A stretch of DNA of 61,763 nt, the filler included, from Vermamoeba vermiformis (lineage: Eukaryota), in NCBI GenBank assembly GCA_045837725.1. It is 5 parts of 5 records of this genome, joined end to end, with 100 filler letters (N's around TTAATTAATTAA, not from the genome) between each part and the next. Parts side by side here need not be neighbours in the genome. Positions count along the whole stretch, not along the records: positions 9,401 to 39,374 come from JBEWZL010000229.1; 4 more parts are not named here. One strand, written 5' to 3'. Positions 26,001 to 39,474 of this stretch are shown one piece after another. The notes under the pieces were generated by a model that made no database searches, had not been told where the DNA came from, and saw only the letters and a list, made by a program, of their open reading frames with translations. A program made the position numbers and the translations under genes. Positions within the stretch are counted from its first letter, which is position 1; every line of letters begins with the position of its first letter.

Positions 26001-27108
26001 TGATTTTTCCGCCGGGTTGCCATTGCTATTGTTGTTATTTATAGCCGGCTGAAGTCTTTTGAACTTTGACAATAACTCGTCTTGTTCTTTGTCAATTATA
26101 ATTGGTGCGTTGTCATTATGATACGCGCTGTGGTCTTCGTTTAAATAATCCAGTAAATCCTGCAAATGAAAATGATTGGTCAGATTATTAGTCACGTGAC
26201 TACCAACAAATGAAAAATAAAGTTTTTTTTATCCGTACATCATCAGAGCTCTCTTCTTTTTTGGCCTTTGCAAGTTCCGCCTCTTCTTTTTCGCGTTGTA
26301 ATCGTGCTTTTAATTCTTCGGCCTGTAGAATTGTAAAATGGTCAGATCTGGTTTGGATCGAAGACACAAATGTCATTTTACGGAAATTTAAATTTGCATT
26401 AAATTTGAATATGGTCGAATAATCCTAATATATTTAATTTATATGACTTACTTCTCGTTTTTTTGCCTCTTCTAATTGTCTTTTGCGTTGCTCTTCGGCT
26501 TCAATTTGTTTGTAAAGTTTTACTAACTCTCCTTTAATCGTAGCCAATTCATCTAACGCTGTTGCGCATTTCTAAATACAGTATAAATTATTTGCATATA
26601 AAATTAAATTTTGAAGGGACTTACAGCCCGAATTTGTGTTCGCAGCTCTTCAAATTCTCCTGATGAATATGCTTTATGCTTAGGAATTCGCTCCGTTACA
26701 AATCTAAAATTATTACGTTATTAAATGATTTTAAAATACCTGGTTAATAATTTGAATAAGCGAATCCGTAAATTAATTTTCTCGCAATTTTGAAAATAGA
26801 ACGTATGAGGTCTTAATAGGAAATTCTACGATACAATATTATAAAATAATCATATTAGTACTTACACGGCGAACCGCATATAAAATATGTAAGCCTTCTC
26901 GAGATCACCGTCGTGCTGAAAGATCTCAGCCTAAAATAATTTAACGCACAAATTAAGGACATGAACTATTAATATAGAGATTTTTATACGATAATACCTG
27001 ATTATAAAGATTTTGGGATGAGTTGAAATACGTCTTCAAAGATGTATTGTTTTCAACTTTTGGAAGCTGTTGTGCTAGCTTATTTAGGGTCTCCAACCGT
27101 TTCGCCAT
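23051..27108 (-). CDS. STAMBP: AMSH/STAMBP-like JAMM deubiquitinase with long Q/N-rich linker
   Basis: N-terminal USP8-dimer/MIT-like GDLEKAYIFYMRFA. C-terminal [40 protein letters not shown]. Confidence 0.88.
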
Positions 27109-28637
27109 TATACATAAGTTTAATAATTATATATGACACTATTTACAAAGGTCTATTGTGCGCTATAATACAAATTAACATGAAAAAGATCTAACCACCG
27201 AAAATTAAACGTCAGACAACCTCATACGAATCGGTACGCTATTCATACAAAGATTACTAGGCACGATCTATTCGATTAGCATCGGATGGATTGCCGCAAC
27301 AACCAGCCTTCTTTTGCCTTGTTCGTACAGCTGGTCATAATCGCCTTTGTATCGGACAAGCTTTGCCACGAACACCTTTTACCTCTCTCGTGGGATGCTT
27401 CATTTGATTTGGATTGAAAATAACGTAATCCCATCCAACTAAGCGTCGGGTTCTCTCCGAGTTTGGCTCAATGAACTGGCGGCCTTAGTAGTGCTCGAGC
27501 CCTCAATCCATTAACGTTACTATCTTCTAGCGGACAAATTCCCGGTAAATTCTACGTCTGAAAGTCCAAAGATATGATCCAATCCAAATTGTCGCGTGAT
27601 CTATTTTAGAATCAAAATCGGGTAGACTTATTCTAGCACGTAATCAGTGTCTATAGGCCCCTATCCGCCCATTAAGAAGAAGGGTGCAATCAGATCATAA
27701 CAGAAATGGTTTCCTGCAAGACTACATACCGCGGCTGTTCGTTGAGCATCCGATCCTCGTCAAGTTCAAGCTTGAAAAAGCGGTTAAGTATAAATAAATT
27801 TATCTCGCTTTAACAATAGTTACGGGCCGCTATTTTCGAAATTCTGTTTGTTGTTTTTCGAAAAGACGCGCAAACAGAGATCTAAATAAGGAAGCTAACA
27901 AGGTCTGAAACTTTGAATTTACAGTTTAAGACCTACTACAAGATAAATATCTCCGTTCTGATTAAGTAAAGATAGAATAGCAATGATTTGATTATCCAAT
28001 AGTGCCGCTAATTACCAAAAGCGATTGATATTGCGTTCGAACAGGACTTTTAGACCATCTGTTTAAGACCGGAATCGAACGGGTATTGCAGTATTGAGGA
28101 TGATTAAAAGCATGGTGATAATGGAAATCGTAATAGAATTGTTTTTTGAAGTACTCTTTATAAAATCACTTACAATTTCGAACGCGTGTCGTTTGAATAA
28201 ACAACAATGTGCCATTTTCGGAGCCGCTTTCCTAATATGGACGTGACCATTCGTCTGAAACTCTAAAAAAAACAAATCACCGCACCTCTTGGTGCAACTA
28301 TCTTCCGTAACTTCGATCCGAATACGCCAAATCCGCTCAGTTGGAATTCCAGCCTATAAAACAATTATTAGTAAAGATAATAATGCTAATATATGGATGA
28401 CTTACATGAATCAAGCACCAACGGCGCGAACTCGAGCGATCCAAGGCTGCCTCCACCATTTGATTCGTTTTCTTTGGCGGTTTATTGTTTAAATAATTAC
28501 AATTAGGCGTACATGACTCGGGGTCACTTCTTCCTTCATAAATAAAACTTCGGATAATCTTGGGATCGAATCCAGATTGAGTCCAAAACTGTTGACTATG
28601 TACATCGATTAGTGTCAAAAATCTCGCGGTATGTCCT

Positions 28638-29645
28638 CTATGAAAACATGATAGTGCAGCTTTGCTTCTTTTGAGTGCTCTTCCTCCATTGCTTAACGTA
28701 GATCGGAAACAACGCTGATGCAACTACGTTATTTGACAAGTTGTCCGAGAGCGTTAACGATAAGGTGTAGCTGGATACTGCGTGATGCTTGCAGCAGCAC
28801 ATATACTTCATATTGACCTTGAAAGAGCCATTTTCCACTTTGATCAAGTTATTGTTTTTAACCAAAACTATTCTGCCTTTGATGTGAGGGTTGGCTTTGA
28901 AGTACATTCGATTTTCAAAATATTCTCGGCACGATGAGCATTGGAATAGCTCTTGTCGATTCACATCCAAAACTCTGCATGTAAGCGTGAGCGCGTGTTC
29001 TCCCTTATCCGGTGTCTTCTTGAAAATCTTTGCATTGCCAGCGTATCCTACAGTGTCCTCGATGAATATTCTGTAGCCGTCATAGTTGCTCATGCCGTCT
29101 GTAAGCGGGAGCTGGCATTCTACCAAGTGGAAGAGATTGCGATACATGATCGCAGGTTGGGCGACCGAAGAAAGTTGAGATACTGACCCCATAGGCATAG
29201 CAGGAATATTAGGTGATGTCGATTGTTGAGGTGGCGAGAACGAAGACTTGGGACTTGGATTGAGGATTGTAAGCTCTTGAGGAGGAGAGATGACAGGGCT
29301 GAAATGATTGAGAGCGTAAGGGTCCAATTGCCATGGGAGGCGTGCAGGCATGGGTGCAGGAATTGCTTGCGGCATTAATATGCCAAAGTGTTGCGGTGGT
29401 GTTGTAGGGGACGGATTGCTTCCGGGTAAGATCATCATCGGCGACAAAGAAGGAGACAACGAATTGTTTTCGTCGCTCTTCGCAAGCATTGGCTCCTTCT
29501 TCACTTGGAAGGGCATTGACCGCTGCATGGTCAAGCCAGGAGACGTCGAGGCAAGCGGGCTATTTTTCTCTGAAGGATTTGTCAAATCCAAAAGATCATT
29601 GTCATTGGGAGTAAAAGAATATTGACTGAAGGTAAATGGTTCCAT
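28638..29645 (-). CDS. Putative transcription factor with SPT23/MGA2- or CudA-like DNA-binding domain
   Basis: P/S-rich N-terminus. C-terminal CxxC...RIVLV...CCCKHH...LTLSD...VVAS..PIYV pattern, resembling Spt23/Mga2 CYCRHH. Confidence 0.55.
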   Translation of the reverse strand: MEPFTFSQYSFTPNDNDLLDLTNPSEKNSPLASTSPGLTMQRSMPFQVKKEPMLAKSDENNSLSPSLSPMMILPGSNPSPTTPPQHFGILMPQAIPAPMPARLPWQLDPYALNHFSPVISPPQELTILNPSPKSSFSPPQQSTSPNIPAMPMGSVSQLSSVAQPAIMYRNLFHLVECQLPLTDGMSNYDGYRIFIEDTVGYAGNAKIFKKTPDKGEHALTLTCRVLDVNRQELFQCSSCREYFENRMYFKANPHIKGRIVLVKNNNLIKVENGSFKVNMKYMCCCKHHAVSSYTLSLTLSDNLSNNVVASALFPIYVKQWRKSTQKKQSCTIMFS

Positions 29646-30371
29646 GATTGCGCTTTAGCCCATAAATAATAAACAAGAGGTGGTGAGTTGTTTTCACCGG
29701 TCAAGCAAGAACAAAAATTGACAAAAAACTCGTGCAATTTTTCGGTTTTATACGCGGAGCCCAGAAAAATCCCAGGGCGAGAAATTTATTACATAAATGG
29801 TGAACCCGGTCTGAAAGTCTAACGTGGGCCTACAAAACATTGCGAATCTTTCTCCATCATTTCGCAACTTCGGAAGTGTTGGTTGCTGATTCAGATCGTG
29901 CTCTCACTGGTCATAACAAAAATCAAATTGTTTATCACTTAAATTCACGTCATTTATGTTCACTAATTAGTTATTATTAATGCAAGCTATTAAATGAAGG
30001 CTAGAAAGCAATTCCGACGCGAATTTGATAAATTTTATGAGTGATCCGAAAGTTCGCTAACGTCATCAATCTTCTTGATGCAGAATGCGTTTCGCTAATG
30101 CCCCTATGTAGGCATTGTGGTCACTGATAGGCTGGCAACGATCATACAAATGAATTGTATTTTTATGAAATTTATTTTTTATCTCGCTTCGTGATACGCC
30201 GTCCAAAATTTCTAAAATAATACACTCCTTAGCGGCGAACAGAACAACTTAGAACCTTGGAGACTTAACAGCAAGCAGTGTAGATATTTGCCATTTTATG
30301 ATTTATTGACTACTGTGAGCAAACGACAAAGAGCGGTCCACGTTAATCTCACATCCAACAGTAGTTCAAAA

Positions 30372-33300
30372 ATGGGCAGAATAATTATTTACACGACAAC
30401 TGGATGCCCATTCAGCTTAAAAGTGAAGAATATATTCGAAAAGAAGAATGTCCAGTTTACAGAAATCAATTTGACCGAGTTTCCAACGGTCGTCGATGAG
30501 CTTGCCGATTGGGCTAAAGGCAAACGCTGTATTCCTCAAGTATTTTTCGAGGATGAGTTCATAGGCGTATGTATTAAATTTATGCATGATTTTTAATTCG
30601 ATTATTTTGTAAATTTATTTTTGTTAACTGATGTTGTTCCGGTTTGAAGGGCCTCGATGAGCTCCAAACGCTACAGAATAACGGCAGATTGGATGATTTG
30701 CTTAAAAAGCTTCAAGACACACCGAATGGTCACAGCAGAGCTCTTCCAAAGTCTCGCCGAAAGACCCTGGCGCCGTGGAAAAATTTGAAGCTTGATCCTG
30801 TTCTCGAAGATGTAAAATCGGCATTGTATACTTTCGTTTAAATTTGCTGATCATATTTCCAGGTTTTCAAAAGGCTTCGGGACAAGAACAACGGACTGGA
30901 ATTGAAGAATCGGTTTCAAAATAGCCACACTTTTAAAGGTACGATCGGCGAGTATCTTTGAGAATTTTCGTTACAAATGCCAACATTTTATTATACGCCA
31001 CAGGCTCTGCATTAATTAAATGGTTGACTGTCAATAATAAATCAACGGAGGACGAAGCATTACGGATGGCCGAAAAATTACGCACGAAGGGTTATTTTTA
31101 CCGGATCAAGGAAGACAAGCCCGTCGCAAATGATTCTTCATTATTCAGATTTTATGTAAGTATAATAATATTCTCACATTTATTCGGGATTTTTCCTTTT
31201 TTATGCCGATATCGATTCATGATTTAATTTTCAAATTCAAAAGGCTGACGATAACCCCGATGTTTTAAACGGACGAATGGTTTATACGGGCGACTCTAGA
31301 AGTGCTCTAGATATCGCTTTGTATTTGCAGGACACAATCAACACGATTTATGAAGGCCACATGAATTTGGACGATGGAAATGTCGACTACGAGAAAATTA
31401 AGAAATTGAAGGAATATACAGTATTTTGCGACAACACTATAGAGTTACATAAGGTACAGTTTTGGAAACGGTTAAAAATTTTTGGTTTTGTGAATCTACT
31501 TTCGGATCTTCATCCGCAAGGAAAATCTAACTCCATTTTTGCATAGGTCGATATATCGGGGCTGAAGACTAAGGAGGCAATTTTATTTTACTTGGCAATG
31601 TACAAAGTATTGCTGTTACACGGAGAGATTGTTTTGGGCTACAAACCGAAATCAAAAGCAGATAAGGCGAAATTATATTCACAATACAGCTATAATATTG
31701 GTGGTCAAAATTACACGTTGGAAGCCATTGAAGCCATTCTTCGTGGCAAGCCCAAGTCTTCGAGCGGTTCAGATCAAATTAGAAAAATGCTGTCAAGAAA
31801 AGAAATGGCAAGAGTCTCAGGTTTATCCAAAGCAGACCCAAGGTAAATATTTTTCGGCATAATTTCTGCTTTGTAGCAAATGCCTAACATTTTTTCGGTA
31901 GAATTCATTTTGCGATGATTTCTTGCGACAAGTTCTCGCAGCCAATCCGATTTTTGGACTCAAAAAATATGGATTCGGCGCTGCAATGGGCTACAGAGCT
32001 ATTTTGTGCCGATATCGAAGTCAGTTTCCGCAACAAATCGGTGAACTTGCCGTTGTTGTTCAAAGATTACCGCGCTGACTTTGGCAAGACCAACAAAGAG
32101 CTCCTAAACTGGGTTGTCATGTTCCTTCCTGACAACAAAGAAGAGAAGGTCAGACAACTTTTGGCAACGTGCCCCGAAGAAGCCATCACGGTCAATTTCA
32201 GGTATGATTTTAGTCACGGTAATGCGTTGACTTCTAATGTTTGCCTTCTTAGAAAACGAGGCTGGGAGGTCGATAGAATATTCGGTGATTTGGAGGAAAA
32301 CGAAGATGAGGAGGTCAAGATTAATCAACGAAACACCGCTGACAGCGATGACTTGAACGCTGGCAAAGGTGACAACCAAGAGCCCGTTGACGAAGGTAAT
32401 TAGCAGCACCTATATATCGCTTAAGAGTCTATACTAATTGTTGTAGATGACGACGCCTATTTCAACTACGAGCCCGTCTCCAAAGAATTGCTCGACAAGT
32501 TCAACGAGGTATTTTCGACTAATGCCACGACACTCGAACTAAAGGACTCGGGACTGAAATACTTGCCTAAAGAACTCGGCAAGGGGTACGTTGATATAAT
32601 ACTATTGATGGCCTTGATAAGTCTCTAATGTCCATTCTTTAATAGCAAAAAGATGGATGCCTGCAAAAAAGTCGTCATCACTGACAATCAGTTGACGATG
32701 TTGCCGCGTTGGTTTGCAGTCACTTTTACCAACTTGACCATTCTCTACATCAACGGCAACAAGCTGCGAACAGTCCCTGCTAACTTGGCCGACATCAAGC
32801 AACTGGAAACTGTTGATCTATCGAACAATCTTATCTCTTTGATTCCGAACCGTTTCTGCACCTTGCGCAATCTTCGTGCGCTGAACTTGAGTGGCAACAA
32901 CTTGGAGTTCTTGCCGGTCGGTTTCGCACAATTGCGACAACTTGAAGAATTGCTCTTGGCTCACAATCAATTGGGCGAGCTCCGCGACAACTTCGGAGAG
33001 TTGAGCAAGTTGGAAATCCTCGATATCTCGCACAACAGACTTACAGTCCTTCCTGACTCTATTGCGAACTTCAAGCGATTAGAAGAGTTTAACTTGCGAG
33101 GTAACAGATTGAAGGAACTTCCTGCGACCATCGAACAGTTGGCTAGCTTGGTGCTCTTGGACTTGTCACACAACGACATTAAGGAGCTGCCTAATGAGCT
33201 GGGCGGCATGGCCAGTTTGACCGAGTTGTACTTGGCCAACAACAAGATCAAGAAGCTCTCTAAGGGCTTCTGCGATCTCAACTGCTCAGTGATCGATTTG

Positions 33301-36300
33301 GAAGAGAACCCTCTCGTTGACCCGCCAAAGGAAGTTTGCAACGAAGGCATGGAGGCTATTCGCAAGCACTTCAACTGGACTAAGCCTAGTGCGCGTAATG
33401 CTCCTCGAACGCGTAACAGTTCAGCCAACTTGCAAGCCGAGTTGGATCGATCACAGAGCGCGTCGTCACTCAGCAGCGCTATCAATGACGGAACTACTCC
33501 TCGTGACTTGAAGAGACTGTCAACCAACGAGAAGAGAGGTACGCGAAGCATACTTAAGTTATCCCGATGAGTTGATATTAACCCTTTCACAGCCCTCTTA
33601 ATTAAGCGTGTCGTCGTCAAGAAGTTCGACCCTACCAAGTTGAATGAAATTAGAGCAACTGTGCAAAACCAAGATATCACTACTGTCTTGGCCGCTGCCG
33701 CTGCTGCCGAAGAAGAGCGTCGTAAAGAGCGACAAGCACAAAACCTTGACAGCTCTGAAGATGTACCTCGTCAAAGCCCACCGAAGGATGATCAACTCAC
33801 CCGTCAGGCTGAGCTTGATATTCCTGTGCTCAATATGGACAAGCTTGTTTCCTCTGGCACCAGCCCCAACTTGAACAGACGCATTGCTCAGTTGATCGCA
33901 CCTGCGGGAGGTTTCCGTATCGATCGAAATGAAGGCAAGATGCCTGACATTGAAGACTTGCAATTGCAAGAATTCAACTTCATTTTCGACTACGGAAATG
34001 AGTTCTTTGGCAAGCCTCACCACAACTTTATCGGTATTTCAAAGGAATACGGTGCAATTTTGATTTCAATCTTGCGCGAGGGAGACGAGGATGAGCCCGA
34101 AGAAAAGGAGCGCAAGTTGTTCGGTACTTTGAAGTTTAAGAGAAAGGCCAAGTCTCCTTCAGTACCCAACTTCTTCAGCCGTGTGCAGAGCAAGGACAAG
34201 ATGATGAAAAAGAAGCCTTCGACTGACAACTTGAAGGCTAATGCCATTGACAGCCCTGCAGCTAGCATGGACTCACCTTCGTTGCAAAAGCGATCGAGTC
34301 AAGCTAACCTGTCTTCTGCGCTCTCAACGACCAGCATGCACAAGGATAGCGCTCGTGGCGATTACAAGGACAGCGCACGGAGTGAGAAACTTGACACGCC
34401 AAAGGAAGACAAGTCTCAACACTCACCTCGCAAGGCTGAGACTCCTAAAGAAGAAAAGCCTTTGCCTTCTCCTCGATCCGTTAGACACAACTCGAGCAAC
34501 AGCAGTATTACAGCTGCTACGAACAGTCACGAAGAGGACAGCGAGACTCACGAAACCAGTGAAGACACCGCCACTCCTCGCGACGAGAAGGACAGCAAAG
34601 ACAAGGACAAGAGCGAGAAGGATAAGGACAAATCCGGTCGTCCTTCATTGCACCGATCACGATCTCGATCAATTGAGCCTGGCAACAACGGCAAGTTGAT
34701 GAAGAGCAAGAGTCGTGATTTGAAGCGTGAGAAGGAGAAGGTCATGCTGAAGCGTCAAATGATGCTTAGCAGCGTGAAAGAAGAGCGCAAGAACGTGACC
34801 ATGTCCGGCGACTTCGACTTGTCTTCCACCTCGAAGAAGAAGGAGTCTAAGCGTAACAGCGGTACGTACCTCTCGAAATCCCTAACATCGTTACAAGTCG
34901 CTAACAATTTAAACAGCCGAACTTAAGGACCCTAAGGACAGTCCTAGCAGTGTCCGCTTCTCTGGCAAAGAATCATCTTCGAACGGTGAACACCAACGCG
35001 ATGTCACTCCTCCTAAGATCACTAAAAAGGGAAGTCGACTCACGATGACTTCTTCCGAAAAGAAGGACAAGGAGAAGGATAAGGAGAAAGACAAGGATAA
35101 GGAGAAGGATAAGGACAGAGACCGTGAATCTCGCAACAGCGAGGACAAGAAGATTGACGAGAAGGATGAAGAGTCCACGGAACAAGGGTAAGTCAAAGAT
35201 TGTTTTTGAGCCTTGAAGGTTTATCCTAACGCTCGTTTCAATAGCAAAAACATGACTAAGACTCGTTCATCCCGTCAATTGGGCATCAGTGCTATTGGCA
35301 GCCGAAGAAAGACGAACACCGCGAACGACTTTGGCGCGGAGAAGTACGTAACAATGATGTTAGTGTCGCACATTACGAGCAACAAAACTAAATTGTTCAC
35401 AGGCAAAAAGGCGACTCGATTACTCCTCGATCAGCCGCTGCTGAATCTAGCACGCCTTCGGCCCTCAACTTGCTGATCCGTGTCCGCAAGTCCGATCGCC
35501 GATTGAAGATGAGCTTGAAGAACTTCCAAAGCACTGGCAGCCGTGCCTCGCGCATGAAGCCGAAACAAATGATCAAGCTTTTGAAGGACGAGTATCCCGA
35601 GTACTCTGGCATCACTTTCAAGCAAATCAAGAACGAAGATATGGAGCAAGAGTTGTTGAACATGGAACTCAGACTGGTAAGTCCTCTCAGCCCGTGAAAA
35701 TTTAATACGAAACTAACGCGCTCGGACAGATGGTCAAGGGCTACAAGTACGGCATTCTGTACGCCAAAGAAGGCCAAGTCGAAGAAGAGAAGATGTTCTG
35801 CAACAGTAAGTGTCATAATAGTCGTACGGTGGTAATATACAATGGCTAATGTTCTGCGATAAAGACGACCCGAGCCCTGATTTCACCGAGTTTTTGGAGT
35901 TCTTGGCCGACAAGGTTGAACTCAAGGGCTGGGAGGCTTACAACGGTGGCTTGGATGTGCAACAAGGCATGACCGGCAAGCACAGCTATTTCACCAAGTT
36001 CAAGGACTATTCGATTATGTTCCATGTCTCCACCGAGTTGCCGTTCACTGAAGGAGATCCGCAACAGATCGAACGAAAGCGTCATTTGGGTAACGACATT
36101 GTCGTCATTGTGTTCCAAGAGGGCGACACTCCGTTCAACCCGACTTGCGTCCATTCGTACTTCAACCACGTCTTCTTTGTTGTGCGCAAAGAGCCGAACA
36201 GCGAAGGCAAAACTATGTACAGGTAAGTCCGCTCGAAGTGGTCACATTGCACGAGCTAGATCTGATTTAAATATTCTACAGATTGTCTGTCACATCAAAA

Positions 36301-36587
36301 TCTGGCGTTGCCCCGCACTTGCCAGTACTGCCCGATCCTCCAGTATTCGAGAAGGGTCCTCACTTCCGCGAGTTTTTCTTCACAAAGCGTAAGTCGATCG
36401 AGATCGGATCCAACAATTTTTTCACAGATCTAGATCTTATTGTATTATTGTTCAGTACTAATATACTTTCTCCGTAGTGATCAATTGTGAGCGTGCTTCA
36501 TATAGCGCTCCTGGCTTTGCATATGCAATTGAAAACACTCGTGGTCAACTGATACAACAAATCGTAGATAATTATTACTTTGATTAA
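30372..36587 (+). CDS. Multidomain glutaredoxin-DEP-DUF547-LRR-RapGAP protein
   Basis: YTTTGCPFS/IPQVFF (Grx), GSALIKWL (DEP), DPRIHFA (DUF547), canonical LRRs, YKYGILY...IMFHVST...QQIERKRHLGNDIV (RapGAP). Junctions checked near 32396, 32587 and 33539 splice in frame. Confidence 0.8.
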
Positions 36588-37071
36588 TCACCCCAAAAAA
36601 GATAGCATCACGCCAATATGCTCAAAGTAATGTATTATAGTACGGTTTGAACAATCGTTATCAGTTTTTTTTGTATAATTTGTAAATGACGACCCCATCA
36701 AATTTTCAATCCAAAATATTTCTTCAACTCCCAGAGAATAGAAATGATTTACCGATATTGTATTGTATGATAATAAATAGTAATTATTTAATCAAAAAAA
36801 AAAACTAATTCTATTGGAAAAGTTGCTGGCACGAATGTCAAATAGTCTCCTAATCGTGCTAATTTTATTTCCGTCAATCGATTTTCGATAAGGATCGTGT
36901 GAATCACTATACAAGGGGAAATGTAACGTACCGTAACAAATTGTGGTAAAGGATCACAACTCCGTGAAGCGAGATCTACCCCCATAAATTGTTAACACAT
37001 TTTTCATGGATCTGCTTTTGTTTTATTAACATTGATGATTTAGACATGGTAAATATGATAAAAAAAAGGTA

Positions 37072-38549
37072 TTAGCAGCAGCTAGAGTTTGTCGCGCAGC
37101 TAGATCCATCGGTGGAGGTAGCAGATTGGGTCGAGAACGGCATGTTCTTGCCACAACCTTCAAAGATTCCATAGTGCGTTGAGAAGTTGCCGATGAATTC
37201 AAAATGTGGTGCAAAACGAGTGTTTTTGAGCATTAAATACGTGTTGCCGCAGACCGGAAATACTTTGCCTTTTTGCATCACGTGGTGCCCATCCAGTTTG
37301 AACGAGTGAGGAAATTCAGGGAGAATAGTGCCCTTATATATAACAGCTTGTCCGTAGTCTTCGCAATCAGGTTCTAATTCTTTGATCTTGAATAATCTGT
37401 ACGTGACCGAGTAAAATTTGATGTCGCCAATCTTTGCTTCAATTTTGCTGTTGTTGACAGTAATCGGCGATGATTCTACGACACGTGGATCCGTGAACCC
37501 GACTTTCTTGGCTAAATTAACAAAGTCGTTCCAATATAAAGCGCCGCTGAGGCATTCTCCGAACAAGACCGGATCTTGCTGCAATTCTTTTGGGACTCTC
37601 CGATCCGCGTACACATCCGAGAAGTACATCTCACCACCTTAATATAGTCATGTGTTAGTATAATAAGCTATCGATTAATCAGATCTAGGTACCTGGCTTG
37701 AGTGTACGATATGCCTGGCGCAATACAGCCTCTTTATCAGGACACAAATTTACGACGCAATTGGATCTGGTCAACTTGTTAGAATATTTCCAAATTAGGA
37801 AATGACACGGATCTACTTACACTATAATATCGAAGCTGTTCTCGGCAAGGCCAAGCTTATCCAACTCTTCAATGAGTCCTAACTTGAACTCTACATTGCT
37901 TTTTTCATAGCCAAAAGCCTCTCGGTGATAGTCGACGTATTTTTCTGCTCGATCCAGCTGTTCTTTGGTCATGTCTACGCCAACTACGTGTCCGTTGGGA
38001 CCCACTAGCTTTGCTAACACGTAGCAGTCTCGGCCTGTGCCGCATCCTATGAAAATTATTGTATTATAATAAATACGCAGCAGAATTTTAAATGTACAAA
38101 GTGGATGGATCAAGCAACTTAGATCTTGGCAAAAAAGTAATTGGATGTGATAATTCTCGTGTAATTTTTATAGAAGCATACCTAAATCGAGGACGCGAGT
38201 GCCTTCAAGTACAGCTGGAGCTACAAGACCACATCCGTAATATGAGCTCAAAACCTCTTCATGAATTTTACTAAGAGCTAGCTTAATATGACGAGGTATA
38301 TCTTTGCCAGTGCAGCATGCTGTAGATTAATTTGAGTATTAATAATTGTTTTACCAATACTGAAATTTATCATGATTATCAGATCAGGCCTTTAGACCGA
38401 CATTTTACGAGGGTGATCGTAATAATACCAAATAATATTAATATAATATTATACGCACCATTTGTCTTGAGATCTGTGGTCTGGTGCAAAACTTTTCCGT
38501 AGTATTCGCTGACGGACTGGTGAACGGAATCTGCGTTGTCTATTTGCAT
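37072..38549 (-). CDS. AS3MT: Arsenite methyltransferase
   Basis: [61 protein letters not shown]. Confidence 0.93.
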
Positions 38550-39374
38550 TTTATCACTTCACTATCTGTTGTTGTTGTTATTGATTTATTGAAATGGTTA
38601 ATGAAACGTTCGTTATTGCAAATTTATGTTGACAGATCGGAGTTTCAACTCCGCCGCAGAAAACTAACTCCCCTTCTGCGCCGCAACTACTTTCTTATTT
38701 TCTGGTCTTCTCATATTACGAACAAGAGTTGCAGTTCTGCTTACTTAAAGTTATAAATATTGCAAAGGATCCCTAAAGAAAAATTCGGTGCGAATCCAAA
38801 CCAAAATTAACACTCGTAATGCATAAATTGGACTACAAATATTCTAAATATTTATATATTACAACTATTAACAAAAATGAATGCTATCGGTGTCATACGC
38901 ACGAAGCAATATCACCATTTTTCAACTTGAAATTTTAGATCTGATCCGATCCTTATTCTTTCCTAAAATAGTCATCGATCTGGAGATTTCGATGCTGCGA
39001 ATCAGCTGCAAATACATTCGCGAGCAAAATTTGCGCCAAAATTGCGCGAGTCTGTTCGTGCGTGTGGAGGCCAGATCTGACCATGTAAAGAACCAACGTC
39101 TAAATATAATATGTTTGCACCATAATATACTATAATACACTATAATAATATCGTGTCGTATTAACGTACAAGTGCGTCACTTCGTTTGACCAGTGCGGCG
39201 TGTACAATGCCTACTGCTGTTTCGATCAAATTTCTTTTCTTCGTGTCGTGACGCAGCTGCAAGAATAATTATTAGTAATCTATCGCATGTAATTAAGTAT
39301 AACATCAAGCAATAGGGCACCACGAAGGATGAATAAGAAAGGTCAGATCCGATCCGACAAAAAATTGAAAGCTG

Positions 39375-39474
39375 NNNNNNNNNNNNNNNNNNNNNNNNNN
39401 NNNNNNNNNNNNNNNNNNTTAATTAATTAANNNNNNNNNNNNNNNNNNNNNNNNNNNNNNNNNNNNNNNNNNNN
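39375..39474. other. Artificial contig linker
   Basis: N44-TTAATTAATTAA-N44. Confidence 0.98.

Noticed and set aside
32967-33680. Long antisense ORFs over LRR and other coding regions
   Set aside because: Shadow frames of codon-biased genes on the opposite strand.
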